Of a stretch of DNA of 64,000 bases, positions 45,828 to 54,283 are shown piece by piece; position 1 is the stretch's first letter, and every line of letters begins with the position of its first letter. A program made the position numbers and the translations under genes. Source of the DNA: Thermoanaerobaculia bacterium (GTDB lineage: Bacteria; Acidobacteriota; Thermoanaerobaculia; UBA5066); assembly GCA_038245905.1 (NCBI GenBank), contig JBBRRY010000013.1, forward strand, positions 7,876-71,875, written 5' to 3'. The notes beneath the pieces were generated by a model. The model did not search any database. It was not told where the DNA came from and saw only the letters and a list, made by a program, of their open reading frames with translations.

Positions 45828-46688
45828 TCAGAGACGAACCGCCGTGGCCGTGCGCGGGATTCCGGCGGCGTCGAGGCGCATGGCGGTGAGACGGAAGCCC
45901 GAGGTCTCGACGAGCGCGGAGACGTCGCGCGCCTGCCCGTATCCGAACTCGAATACGAACGGGGCGCCCTCCTGGAGGAATGCGGGAAGCGACGCGAGCA
46001 GGACGCGCAGGGGGTCGAGGCCGTCGCCCCCGCCGTAGAGCGCGAGCGGGGGCTCGAACTCCGAGACCGTCTTCGAGAGGTGGGGCGCGTCGGTCACGGG
46101 AACGTAGGGTGGGTTCGCGACCACGAGATCGAAGAGGGGCCGGCGTTGGAATGCCGAGAGCCAGTCGGACGCGATGGGGGTTACGCGCGCGCCGACGCCG
46201 TGGCGGCGCGCGTTGGCGGCGGTGAGAGCGAGAGCCGCGAGAGAGCGATCGGCCGCGACGACGTGTGCGCCGGGGCGGTCGAGCGCGAGCGACACGGCGA
46301 GGATGCCGCTTCCCGTCCCCAAGTCGACGATCCGGCGGGCACCGGCGGCGGCCGCGCGCGCCGCTTCCACGATGCCTTCCGTCTCGCCGCGCGGGATCAG
46401 CGCGCGCGGGTCGACGAAAAAAGTCCGGCCCAGAAATTCCCACTCGCCGAGGAGGTATTGCAGCGGCTCGCCCGCGGCGCGGCGGAGGACGAGCTCCCTG
46501 AAGGCCGCCCGAGCCGCCGGCTCCGCCGGTTCGCTCCGGCGGCCATGGAACCAGGCCCGGGGTCGTGCCGCGGCCCTCGCGAGCAGCTCTTCCGCCTCGT
46601 ACGGAGCGTGACCCGGGCCCGTGAGGCGGCGCCGCCCCTCTGCGAGGAGCGCGCCCCAGGTCGTGTCCGGGCTTTTGGAGGACGTCAT
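45828..46688 (-). CDS. prmC: release-factor glutamine N5-methyltransferase PrmC/HemK
   Basis: …VDLGTGSGILAVSLA… SAM motif and catalytic NPPY (…VVANPPYV…). ATG at 46688; the 263-codon upstream extension is junk. Confidence 0.85.
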   Translation of the reverse strand: MTSSKSPDTTWGALLAEGRRRLTGPGHAPYEAEELLARAAARPRAWFHGRRSEPAEPAARAAFRELVLRRAAGEPLQYLLGEWEFLGRTFFVDPRALIPRGETEGIVEAARAAAAGARRIVDLGTGSGILAVSLALDRPGAHVVAADRSLAALALTAANARRHGVGARVTPIASDWLSAFQRRPLFDLVVANPPYVPVTDAPHLSKTVSEFEPPLALYGGGDGLDPLRVLLASLPAFLQEGAPFVFEFGYGQARDVSALVETSGFRLTAMRLDAAGIPRTATAVRL

Positions 46689-46706
46689 GGGGGCCTCTTG
46701 TTTAAG

Positions 46707-48269
46707 ATGGAGCGTATGTCCGGCCCCCGGATTCTCGTCTTTTTCGGCCTTCTGCTTCTCGCGGCGGGCGTCGTCATCGGCATGCCGTCGTCGCTCGCGC
46801 CCGCGGCCGTCGTGATCGCGGCGGCCGCCGTGCTCGTCCTCATCGGCGCGGACCGGGCCTCGTACAACCCGGGTTTGCGCCCCGACCAGGTGACGTCCAG
46901 CCGCGCGGCGTTCGGCCCGGCCGTCGACGCGCTGGAATCGGTCGCCGTCTACACGCTGGAGCGTTCGGGCCGGATCGGCTACGCGAACCTGGGAGCGCGG
47001 CGAGTACTGGACGCGGCCGGGCGCGGCGTGGAGGGGAAATTGGCGTCGGAGTTCCCCGCCGCCGGTTCCGAGACTCCCGAGATGGTCGAGGGCCTGAACG
47101 AGGTCTTCGAAACCGGCAGGCCCCGGGTGGCGCGGCGGATCATGCTGCTCGCGGACGGCACGACGCGCGTCGAGTCCATCGTCTCGATGACGCCGGTCGT
47201 AAGGTACGGCAAGGTCGTCGAAGCGGCCGTCTGGCGAGTCGATACGCGCGGTCCCGTCGGCGGCGACGAGCACCGCGCGCGCCTCCTCGACTCCTCGCCA
47301 GCGGGGCTCCTCGGCGTGGACGCGTCGGGCCGGATCGAGGCCGTGAGCCGCCGGCTCGCGGAATGGGTCGGGCGCCGTGCGGACGCTCTCGAGGGGCTCG
47401 ACGTCGAGCGTACCGAGGTGCTGCCCCAGGCTCTTCGCGGGCACATACGGGCGCACGCCGTGAATCGCGCCGCCCAAGGCACGCCGACCGCGGTCGTCGA
47501 GGACGACGTCGTCCTCGTCACGCCGGACGGGGTCTCACGGGTGTTCCACATCCTGGTCGCCCCGCGCCCGGGCGGAGGCGCCGATGTCGTATTTCTCGAC
47601 GGCGTCTCGCGGAGGCGCCTCCTCGCCGAGCTGGACGCAGCACGTCGGGCGCTCGCCGATGCGCGCGAGACCGCCGTGGATGTTCTCCATTCCACGACGA
47701 AAGACCTCCGTGCGCGTGCCCGCGAGATCGTGGCCGCGGCACGGCGCGCGGCGGACGAGTCTTCCGGTCCGATCCAGCGCGCCAAGGCCGAAGCCGAGCT
47801 CCTCGTGACGAGCGACGCGTTCCTTGCGCGGGTGAGCGAGACCGTGCCGGAAGAGGACGGGTCCAGCCGCCGTTCGCTCGGCGGCACGGATGGCCGTCCG
47901 CGAGTGTTGCTCGTGGAAGACAACGAGGAAAATCGCGAGCTCCTTGCCCACATGCTGAGATCCCGAGGCGCCGAAGTCCTCACGGCGGCGAACGGTCGCG
48001 AGGCCGTGGACGCGGCGGCGGGCTTCCGCTTCGACTTCGTCCTCCTGGATCTTCAGATGCCCACGATGGACGGCTTTCAGGTCCTGAGGCGGCTGCGTTC
48101 CCTGCCCGGTGGCGGCCGCCTGCCGGTCGTCGCCCTCACCGCGCTCACGTCCGACCTCGTCAAGGAGCGCTGCGAGGCCGAGGGCATGAACGACTTCGTG
48201 AGCAAGCCCGTGACGCTCGCGCGCATCGGTGAGCTCGTTGCGAAATGGGGCCGGGCGGGAAGAGCCTGA
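46707..48269 (+). CDS. membrane-anchored PAS-domain protein with a C-terminal response-regulator receiver domain (no kinase or output domain)
   Basis: Two N-terminal TM helices, two PAS-like cores (…LERSGRIGYANLGARRVL…, …LLGVDASGRIEAV…) and a REC domain (RVLLVEDNEENRELL…FDFVLLDLQMPTMDG…KP). The ORF's long N-terminal extension from 45549 is murA-antisense junk. Confidence 0.7.
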   Translation: MERMSGPRILVFFGLLLLAAGVVIGMPSSLAPAAVVIAAAAVLVLIGADRASYNPGLRPDQVTSSRAAFGPAVDALESVAVYTLERSGRIGYANLGARRVLDAAGRGVEGKLASEFPAAGSETPEMVEGLNEVFETGRPRVARRIMLLADGTTRVESIVSMTPVVRYGKVVEAAVWRVDTRGPVGGDEHRARLLDSSPAGLLGVDASGRIEAVSRRLAEWVGRRADALEGLDVERTEVLPQALRGHIRAHAVNRAAQGTPTAVVEDDVVLVTPDGVSRVFHILVAPRPGGGADVVFLDGVSRRRLLAELDAARRALADARETAVDVLHSTTKDLRARAREIVAAARRAADESSGPIQRAKAEAELLVTSDAFLARVSETVPEEDGSSRRSLGGTDGRPRVLLVEDNEENRELLAHMLRSRGAEVLTAANGREAVDAAAGFRFDFVLLDLQMPTMDGFQVLRRLRSLPGGGRLPVVALTALTSDLVKERCEAEGMNDFVSKPVTLARIGELVAKWGRAGRA

Positions 48270-48272
48270 GGA

Positions 48273-49802
48273 CTACTTCGCCGGCTGCATGAGCTGCCAG
48301 TTGCCGGTACCGCCTACATTCGGATTGAAGCCCGCGTCGTTGGAGTGCTGGTACCCGCCCTGACCGTCCGTCCAGTGGTACTTCTCGGTGTAGGCGTGCT
48401 CGGAGGTTCCGTAGTAGGGGTCCTGCATGCGCTCGGTGCCGCGGATGTACTGCGAGAAGGAGTCGCTCGTGTGCTGAGCGCTCCGGTTCGCCGCCTGCCG
48501 CTGCGCGTCCATCGAGGCGATCATGGAGTCGTTGTTCGCGCTGATCTGCCGGCTGAGGGCGCCCGCCGCGGCGATCCGCGAGTAGCCCGCGGCCAGGTTG
48601 CGCTCGAATTGCGCCGTCAGCTGGTTCTGCACCTGCTGTCGCCTTTGGTCCCACACGGGGTCGTGCTGGATCGAGGACATCATGTAGCCGAGGAGAGGAT
48701 GCAGGCTGTCTAGCTGCCCGTCCCGCGCGCCCATGCTGTGCACGTAACCGAGGACGCGGTGGTTTTCATACGAGGTGCCCTGCGGGCCGTGGTAGGGGAT
48801 GCGGTTCGGGTGCGAGAGCAGCAGGAAGAAATCCTCGTCGATCGGGTGCCCGTTCAGCGTGTAGCGCACGCGCGCCGCGAGCGACTCGCCCGCGAAGGGA
48901 GGCTTGTGGAGGGCCGCAGCGAGGTTGCCGATCGGCCTCATCCCGACGATCCTGAGGTTCTGCGCTCTCCCGCGGTAGCGGCCGATCACGAACGATCGCA
49001 TCGCCTCGGTGGCCGTGATGCCGGGCCGGTGGATCATCCCGAGCGTCTTGCCGCCGACGCTTACCGAACGGTCCGCGGGCTCGGTCCAGTAGAAACATTC
49101 GGCGGGAAACGTCTCGAGCCACGCCGAGCCGTCGGCGGCGGCGAATCGCGAGCCCACCTGCACGGGCCAGCTCGTGGCCGAATAGTTCCAGACGACGTTG
49201 CTCGTCGCGGTCCACCCATCCGGCACGGCGACCGTGCTCACGCGGAGCCCGCCCTGAGTCTTGTCCACGATCGCGTAAGGATGAAAGGTCGTGCGGGAAA
49301 AGCGCTGCGCGATCTGGCTGAAGAGACCCGCGGGGGCGGAGCGAGGCGCCGGCTGCGCCTTGCCCGCCTGGGCGCCGGGCGCGTTCCACCTCATCTGGTA
49401 CAGCATCACGTAGACGACGACTCCCGTCACGGAGACGTAGAGCCAGATCGGGAGCGTCCAACGCGCGAGGCGCCGGTGCTTCTCGAACCGGCCGCGCCAC
49501 GCGAGCGAGAACGTCACGACGGCCATCGGGGCGACGGCGGCGGCGAGGACCGTGTGCGTGAGGAGGATGCCGAGGTAAAGCGTGCGCGCGCCGCCCGTCC
49601 CGGGAAACCGGACGCTTCCCACCCGCGCGTGGTACGTGAGATAGCTCGCGAGGAAGAGCGTCGAACAGGTGAATGCGGCAATCATGACGCGGCGGTGGGC
49701 GTCTCTCCGGCCCGAGCGGATGAGGACCCAGCCGACGGCGAGGAGAACGGCGCTCGTCGCGTTCAGGCAGGCGTTCAGCGTAGGCAGGTCGCGGACGGTC
49801 AC
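48273..49802 (-). CDS. CtaM/DUF420 four-helix membrane domain fused to a ~370-aa C-terminal domain of unknown function with a Gln/Asn/Tyr/His/Ser-rich tail
   Basis: GTG at 49802 (GTGA overlap with the permease stop). The N-terminal 140 aa have four TM helices matching DUF420 (…LNACLNATSAVLLAVGWVLIRS…HRRVMIAAFTCSTLFLASYLTYH…). The same frame then continues without a stop through an Ala/Pro/Gln linker into a soluble domain ending …YYGTSEHAYTEKYHWTDGQGGYQHSNDAGFNPNVGGTGNWQLMQPAK. Confidence 0.6.
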   Translation of the reverse strand: MTVRDLPTLNACLNATSAVLLAVGWVLIRSGRRDAHRRVMIAAFTCSTLFLASYLTYHARVGSVRFPGTGGARTLYLGILLTHTVLAAAVAPMAVVTFSLAWRGRFEKHRRLARWTLPIWLYVSVTGVVVYVMLYQMRWNAPGAQAGKAQPAPRSAPAGLFSQIAQRFSRTTFHPYAIVDKTQGGLRVSTVAVPDGWTATSNVVWNYSATSWPVQVGSRFAAADGSAWLETFPAECFYWTEPADRSVSVGGKTLGMIHRPGITATEAMRSFVIGRYRGRAQNLRIVGMRPIGNLAAALHKPPFAGESLAARVRYTLNGHPIDEDFFLLLSHPNRIPYHGPQGTSYENHRVLGYVHSMGARDGQLDSLHPLLGYMMSSIQHDPVWDQRRQQVQNQLTAQFERNLAAGYSRIAAAGALSRQISANNDSMIASMDAQRQAANRSAQHTSDSFSQYIRGTERMQDPYYGTSEHAYTEKYHWTDGQGGYQHSNDAGFNPNVGGTGNWQLMQPAK

Positions 49803-50581
49803 GTGTCCTCCGGGGAGCGCGGCAGTTCCGGCCGGCCGGCGGGTCCCGCGGGAAAGCGCGCGACGGCGGCGACGGCGGCCCCGAACGTCACGACGGCGAA
49901 AGCGATCGTCACGGCGAAGGAAAGCGCGGGGGACGTCCACGAGGGCACGGCGCCGCCGAGCGCGCGGCGGAGCGCCGCGACCCCGTACGTGAGCGGGTTC
50001 ACGGCCATCGCCGCGCGGAGCCATGCGGGAGCGCCGTCGACGGGAAAGAAGGCGCCCGAGAGCAGCCACATCGGGATCAGGAAAAGATTCATGATCGCGT
50101 GGAATCCCTGGGTCGACTCGAGGCACCATGCGATCGCGAACCCGAGCGCCGTGAGCGCGAAGGCGAGCACGACGAGAAGCGCGGCGGCGGTGAGGAGTCC
50201 CGCCGCGTCGGCCTTCAGGCCGGCCACGGGCACGAGGACGAGGAGCGGAAGCCCCTGGATCAGGCCGAGCACCGCGCCGCCGAGGACCTTTCCGAGCGCG
50301 ATCGAGGACGGAGCGACGGGAGACACGAGGACGCCCTGGAGGAAGCCTTCGCGCCGGTCCTCGATGACGGAGATCGTGGCGAAGATCGCCGCGAAGAGGA
50401 CGACGAGGACGACTGTCCCCGGAAAGAAGTAGCCGAACGAGTCCTCGCGGAGGGACCCCTTGAAGCCGGCCCCCACGAGAACCCACATGACGAGCGGCGG
50501 GGCGACCGCGCCGACGACGCGGCTCTTCTGCCTCAGGAAGCGGACGATCTCGCGGCGCGCGAGGGCGAGAGAAGCGCTCAT
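49799..50581 (-). CDS. ABC-2 type transporter permease
   Basis: Six TM helices and an ABC-2 signature region (…LIPMWLLSGAFFP…NPLTY…). It overlaps the ATPase gene by 4 nt. Confidence 0.8.
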   Translation of the reverse strand: MSASLALARREIVRFLRQKSRVVGAVAPPLVMWVLVGAGFKGSLREDSFGYFFPGTVVLVVLFAAIFATISVIEDRREGFLQGVLVSPVAPSSIALGKVLGGAVLGLIQGLPLLVLVPVAGLKADAAGLLTAAALLVVLAFALTALGFAIAWCLESTQGFHAIMNLFLIPMWLLSGAFFPVDGAPAWLRAAMAVNPLTYGVAALRRALGGAVPSWTSPALSFAVTIAFAVVTFGAAVAAVARFPAGPAGRPELPRSPEDT

Positions 50582-51528
50582 GCCGCGTCCTCTTCGCGGA
50601 AGCGGCGCCCGGTCTTCGCGATGAAGACGTCCTCGAGCGAGGGCGCGCCGAGCGTCACGGACTTGAACGCGCCCGGGAACGCTTCGACGAGGCGCGGGAC
50701 GAACGTGTGCGCGGCCGGCCGCTCGACTCTCACAGTGGGCCCGACCACCGTGATCCGCCCTGCCTCGGCGCCGAAACGGCTTCCGATCGCGACCGCGAGG
50801 GCGGGCGCGCCGGTCTCGTCCTTCGCCTCCACCGTCACGACGTCGCCGCCCACGGTCGCCTTCAGCGCGGCGGGCGTGTCGAGCGCGAGGAGCCGCCCGC
50901 GGTCGAGGATTCCGATGCGGTGCGCGGCCTCGGCCTCCTCGAAGAGGTGGGTCGTCAGGAGCACCGCCGTGCCCCCGCGGGCCAGAGAGCCGAGCAGCCC
51001 GACGAGATCGCGCCGCGCGCCCGGGTCGAGGCCCGTCGACGGCTCGTCGAGGAGGAGCACGGGCGGAGCGTGGAGGAGCGCCTTGGCGATCTCGACGCGG
51101 CGCGCGAGGCCGCCTGAGAGAGTCTCGACGAGATCGCCGGCGCGATCCTCGAGGCCGAAGGTCGCGAGAAGCTCGCCGATCTTCGTCCGAAGGGGCGGGC
51201 CCGAAAGAGAGTAGAGCGCTGCCTGCAAGGTGAGGTTCTCCTCGACGGTCAGCTTCTTGTCGAGGCTGGGCGCCTGAAAGACGACGCCGAGGTGCCGGCG
51301 CACGTCGCGGCCGGCCGACGCGGGATCGAGCCCGTCGATCGAAAAGCTCCCGGCGCCGGGCGGCAGCAGCGTCGCGAGGATCCGGAACAGCGTGGTCTTG
51401 CCGCCGCCGTTCGGGCCGAGGAGCGCGAAGATTTCGCCGCGCGCGACGGAGAACGTGACGTCGGCGAGCGCGGCGCGCGCCCCGAAAGAGCGGGAGAGGG
51501 AGCGGGCTTCGACGGCGGGAGGCGTCAC
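50578..51528 (-). CDS. ABC transporter ATP-binding protein
   Basis: Walker A GPNGGGKTT, signature LSGGLARRVEIAKAL, Walker B LLLDEPSTGLD. Confidence 0.9.
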   Translation of the reverse strand: MTPPAVEARSLSRSFGARAALADVTFSVARGEIFALLGPNGGGKTTLFRILATLLPPGAGSFSIDGLDPASAGRDVRRHLGVVFQAPSLDKKLTVEENLTLQAALYSLSGPPLRTKIGELLATFGLEDRAGDLVETLSGGLARRVEIAKALLHAPPVLLLDEPSTGLDPGARRDLVGLLGSLARGGTAVLLTTHLFEEAEAAHRIGILDRGRLLALDTPAALKATVGGDVVTVEAKDETGAPALAVAIGSRFGAEAGRITVVGPTVRVERPAAHTFVPRLVEAFPGAFKSVTLGAPSLEDVFIAKTGRRFREEDAA

Positions 51529-51553
51529 GTGCGGCTGCAGGCTTCGGAACGCG

Positions 51554-52435
51554 TCAGACGCGGTCGAGGACGAGGAGGACGAGGATCGCCGGCAGCCATC
51601 CGATCGACGCCAGGAAGAGCGAGCGCGCGTGGCCGTCCGAGATGTCCCTTGCGAACCTCAGCGAGGACGCCAGGAACAGGAGGGTCATCACGAACGCCCC
51701 AAAGGCGTACGCGAACCCCGCCGTGCCGACGAGAGACGGCAGGAGGCTGACGGGCAGGAGGATGGCCGTCCAGAGGAGGGTCTGGCGGGCGGTGCTGCGC
51801 CCGGTCGGGTCGACGACGGGCAGGATGACGACGCCCGCCTTCGCGTAGTCGACACGGTGGCGCCACCCGATCGCGAAGAAGTGCGGCAGCTGCCAGACGA
51901 ACAGGATCGCGAAGAGCGCGAGCCCGGGCAGGCCGAGTGCGCCCGCCGCGGCCGTGTACCCGCCGAGCGGCGGCAGCGCGCCGGGGATCGCGCCGACGAT
52001 GGTCGAGGCCGGCGAGCGCGTCTTCATCGGGGTGTACATGCAGACGTACGAGACGAGCGTGAACGCGGCGAGCGCGGTCGTGATCCCGTTCGTGAAAAGG
52101 AGGAGCTCGACGAGGCCGACGACTGAGAGCGCGCCGGCGAAGAGCGCCGCGCCCGCCATCGGGAGGCGACCCGACGGGAGCGGACGGGCGGCGGTCCGCT
52201 CCATCCGGCCGTCGAGATCCTTCTCCCAGACCTGGTTGAAGGCGCTCGTCCCGGATGCGACGAACGCCGTCCCGGCGAGGGTGTGGAGGAGCAGCGCGGC
52301 GTCCATGCCCGAGAGCGGCCCCTTCGTGCCCGCCACGAAGCCCACGAAGGCCGTCATGACGACGAACAGCGTGATGCGCGGCTTCGTGAGCGCGACATAC
52401 GACGACAGGGCGGACGGGTTGCGACGGAGGCTCAT
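51554..52435 (-). CDS. ctaB: protoheme IX farnesyltransferase (heme O synthase)
   Basis: UbiA-family motifs (…YVALTKPRI…, …NQVWEKDLDGRMERT…RPLPSGRL…) across 8-9 TM helices. ATG at 52435; the upstream extension is junk. Confidence 0.85.
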   Translation of the reverse strand: MSLRRNPSALSSYVALTKPRITLFVVMTAFVGFVAGTKGPLSGMDAALLLHTLAGTAFVASGTSAFNQVWEKDLDGRMERTAARPLPSGRLPMAGAALFAGALSVVGLVELLLFTNGITTALAAFTLVSYVCMYTPMKTRSPASTIVGAIPGALPPLGGYTAAAGALGLPGLALFAILFVWQLPHFFAIGWRHRVDYAKAGVVILPVVDPTGRSTARQTLLWTAILLPVSLLPSLVGTAGFAYAFGAFVMTLLFLASSLRFARDISDGHARSLFLASIGWLPAILVLLVLDRV

Positions 52436-53388
52436 GCGCGACGGGCGGAGCTTAGCGCGTTCCCGGGGTTCCGGCAGGCACCGAGGCAGACGAGCGCGAG
52501 GACCCCCGTCACCCAGCACAGGGCTCCGGTGGCGAGGTGGGCGGTCGTGAGGGACGGGGCCTTCCGCGACCAGACGGAGAGCGCGCCCAGGAGCACTTGA
52601 ATCGTGACGAGGCCGGCCCAAAAGGAAGCGGCGATCCCGAAGAGGGGCCGCGAAGGGGAGATCTTTGAAAGGGCGCCTGCGGCGCGAAAGACGAGCAGGA
52701 CGACGACGACGGCTCCGAGCCGGTGGGCGATGTGAATCGGCACGCCGGAAAGAGCCAGATCGGCGGCGGAGGGAAAGAACCCTCCAAAGGAAGTCGGGAA
52801 ATCCGGGATCGCGAGGCCCGCGCCCGTGTGCCGCATGACAGCACCGAGAACGATCTGGATGTAGATCGCGGCGGTGGCGGCGAGCGTCCACCGGAACGCG
52901 CGCATCGCCTCTTCACCCTTCAAAGAAATCCGAAGATTTTCTTCGACCAACTCCCTCCATGTCTTCGAGCACATGAGTGCGACGGCCGCGGTGAGGGCGA
53001 AGACGATCTCGGCGAGGGCGGCGTGCGCGGAGGAGATGGCTGGCGGAAGGAGAAGCAGCACGGTCAGCCCGCCCAGAACCGCCTGAAGCAGGATCGCCAC
53101 GAAGGCGGCCGCAGCGAGCCGCTTGACCGTCTTTCTTCCTTCTAAGAAAAAAAGAATTGCGCCCAGCTCCAGGCCCACCAATGTGGAAACGCCGGCGGCG
53201 ATGAGGCGGTGCCCGTGCTCATACAGGATGCCCCCCACCATGGGAGGCATGACCTTCCCGTAGGAGAGAGGCCAGTCCGGAACGGCGAGGCCCGACTCCG
53301 TGGACGTGACGAGTGCGCCCGCGACGAGAAGCAGGAAGACGCAGACGGCGACCGTCCGCGTTCCGACCCTCAGGAAGGCTTCACGCAC
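52432..53388 (-). CDS. ctaA: heme A synthase (COX15/CtaA)
   Basis: 8 TM helices with conserved His pairs (…YEHGHRLIAAG…, …AVMRHTGAGLA…HIAHRLGA…). ATGA overlap with ctaB. Confidence 0.8.
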   Translation of the reverse strand: MREAFLRVGTRTVAVCVFLLLVAGALVTSTESGLAVPDWPLSYGKVMPPMVGGILYEHGHRLIAAGVSTLVGLELGAILFFLEGRKTVKRLAAAAFVAILLQAVLGGLTVLLLLPPAISSAHAALAEIVFALTAAVALMCSKTWRELVEENLRISLKGEEAMRAFRWTLAATAAIYIQIVLGAVMRHTGAGLAIPDFPTSFGGFFPSAADLALSGVPIHIAHRLGAVVVVLLVFRAAGALSKISPSRPLFGIAASFWAGLVTIQVLLGALSVWSRKAPSLTTAHLATGALCWVTGVLALVCLGACRNPGNALSSARRA

Positions 53389-54226
53389 CGGCCTTGAACG
53401 TGAACGCGGCCGGCTTCGATTCCTGCGCGCCCACCGTGACCTGCTGGGTCTGCGTGCCGAACTTCTCGTGCCACGCCTCGATCGTATAGGTGCCGGCGGG
53501 GAGGTCCTTGATCGTGTACGTGCCGTCCGCCGCCGTGACGGCGAAGAAGGGATGAGAGAGGACGCCGCAGTACGCCGACATCCATCCGTGCACGTCGCAC
53601 TTGATCCGGATCATGACCTCGGGCTTGTCGAACTTCTTCGTGTACTTCATGCCCTTGACCGGCATTCCGAGGTTGAAGGCCTCGTTCTTCTCGGGGAGCG
53701 AGTGAATGTTGTGGAGCGTGTCGTCGCTGTTCAGGATCTCGAGGTTCTGTCCCGCAACCATGCCGAAGACGTGAGGGTGGTATGTGCAGCCCCTCTGGTC
53801 GATCGTGGCAGGTGCGGCGGGAGCGGGATAGGTCCCGTTGATTCCGGATTTCACGTAGACGAAGACATTCGCGAGGCCCTTGTCATTCCCGATGATGATG
53901 TCCTCACGGCTCACGTCTCCCGGATGCAATTTGGCGCAGAAGGCGTCGGCCGACATCTTGAACTTGTCGGCGGCCGGCACGGCCCCCTCGAACACGATCT
54001 TGCCGGTGATGGAAGCCGCGCCCGTCGCCCCGGCGGCGGGACTGGCGACGGAGGAGGCCGCGGGAGCGGACGTCGCGCCGTCGTCTTTCGCCGCGCCCGC
54101 GGCACGGGACGACTTGGGCCGGTCCTCGTCGTCGTCCTTGCCTCCGCAGCCGGTCAGGAGTGCGGTGCCCAGGAGAACAGCGGCCGAGAGGGCGGCAAAA
54201 CGAATTCGAATGGCGGGACCGGTCAT
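53381..54226 (-). CDS. cupredoxin-like lipoprotein with a C-terminal carboxypeptidase-regulatory-like domain (paralogue of 154..918)
   Basis: ATG at 54226 with a GAGGAGG SD, and a lipobox LLTGC. Motifs HNIH…KCDVHGWM (Cys-x2-His-x2-Met) and …DGTYTIKDLPAGTYTIEA…. It is the first gene of the ctaA-ctaB operon and overlaps the ctaA start. Confidence 0.6.
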   Translation of the reverse strand: MTGPAIRIRFAALSAAVLLGTALLTGCGGKDDDEDRPKSSRAAGAAKDDGATSAPAASSVASPAAGATGAASITGKIVFEGAVPAADKFKMSADAFCAKLHPGDVSREDIIIGNDKGLANVFVYVKSGINGTYPAPAAPATIDQRGCTYHPHVFGMVAGQNLEILNSDDTLHNIHSLPEKNEAFNLGMPVKGMKYTKKFDKPEVMIRIKCDVHGWMSAYCGVLSHPFFAVTAADGTYTIKDLPAGTYTIEAWHEKFGTQTQQVTVGAQESKPAAFTFKAGA

Positions 54227-54283
54227 GCGAGCCTCCTCGGCGGCGTTTTCCTTATCATGTCCCCCCGGAACGAGGGGAGCGTG

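Noticed and set aside
45549-46706. The N-terminal 386 codons of the 906-aa ORF 45549..48269
   Set aside because: This region is antisense to murA and prmC and has junk composition. The real gene starts at ATG 46707 with two TM helices.
48273-49390. Splitting the DUF420 ORF into two genes at the internal Met in MRWNAPG…
   Set aside because: There is no stop codon or frame change between the parts, and no SD-like sequence before the internal ATG. A fusion is the most economical reading. It is kept as a finding to test.
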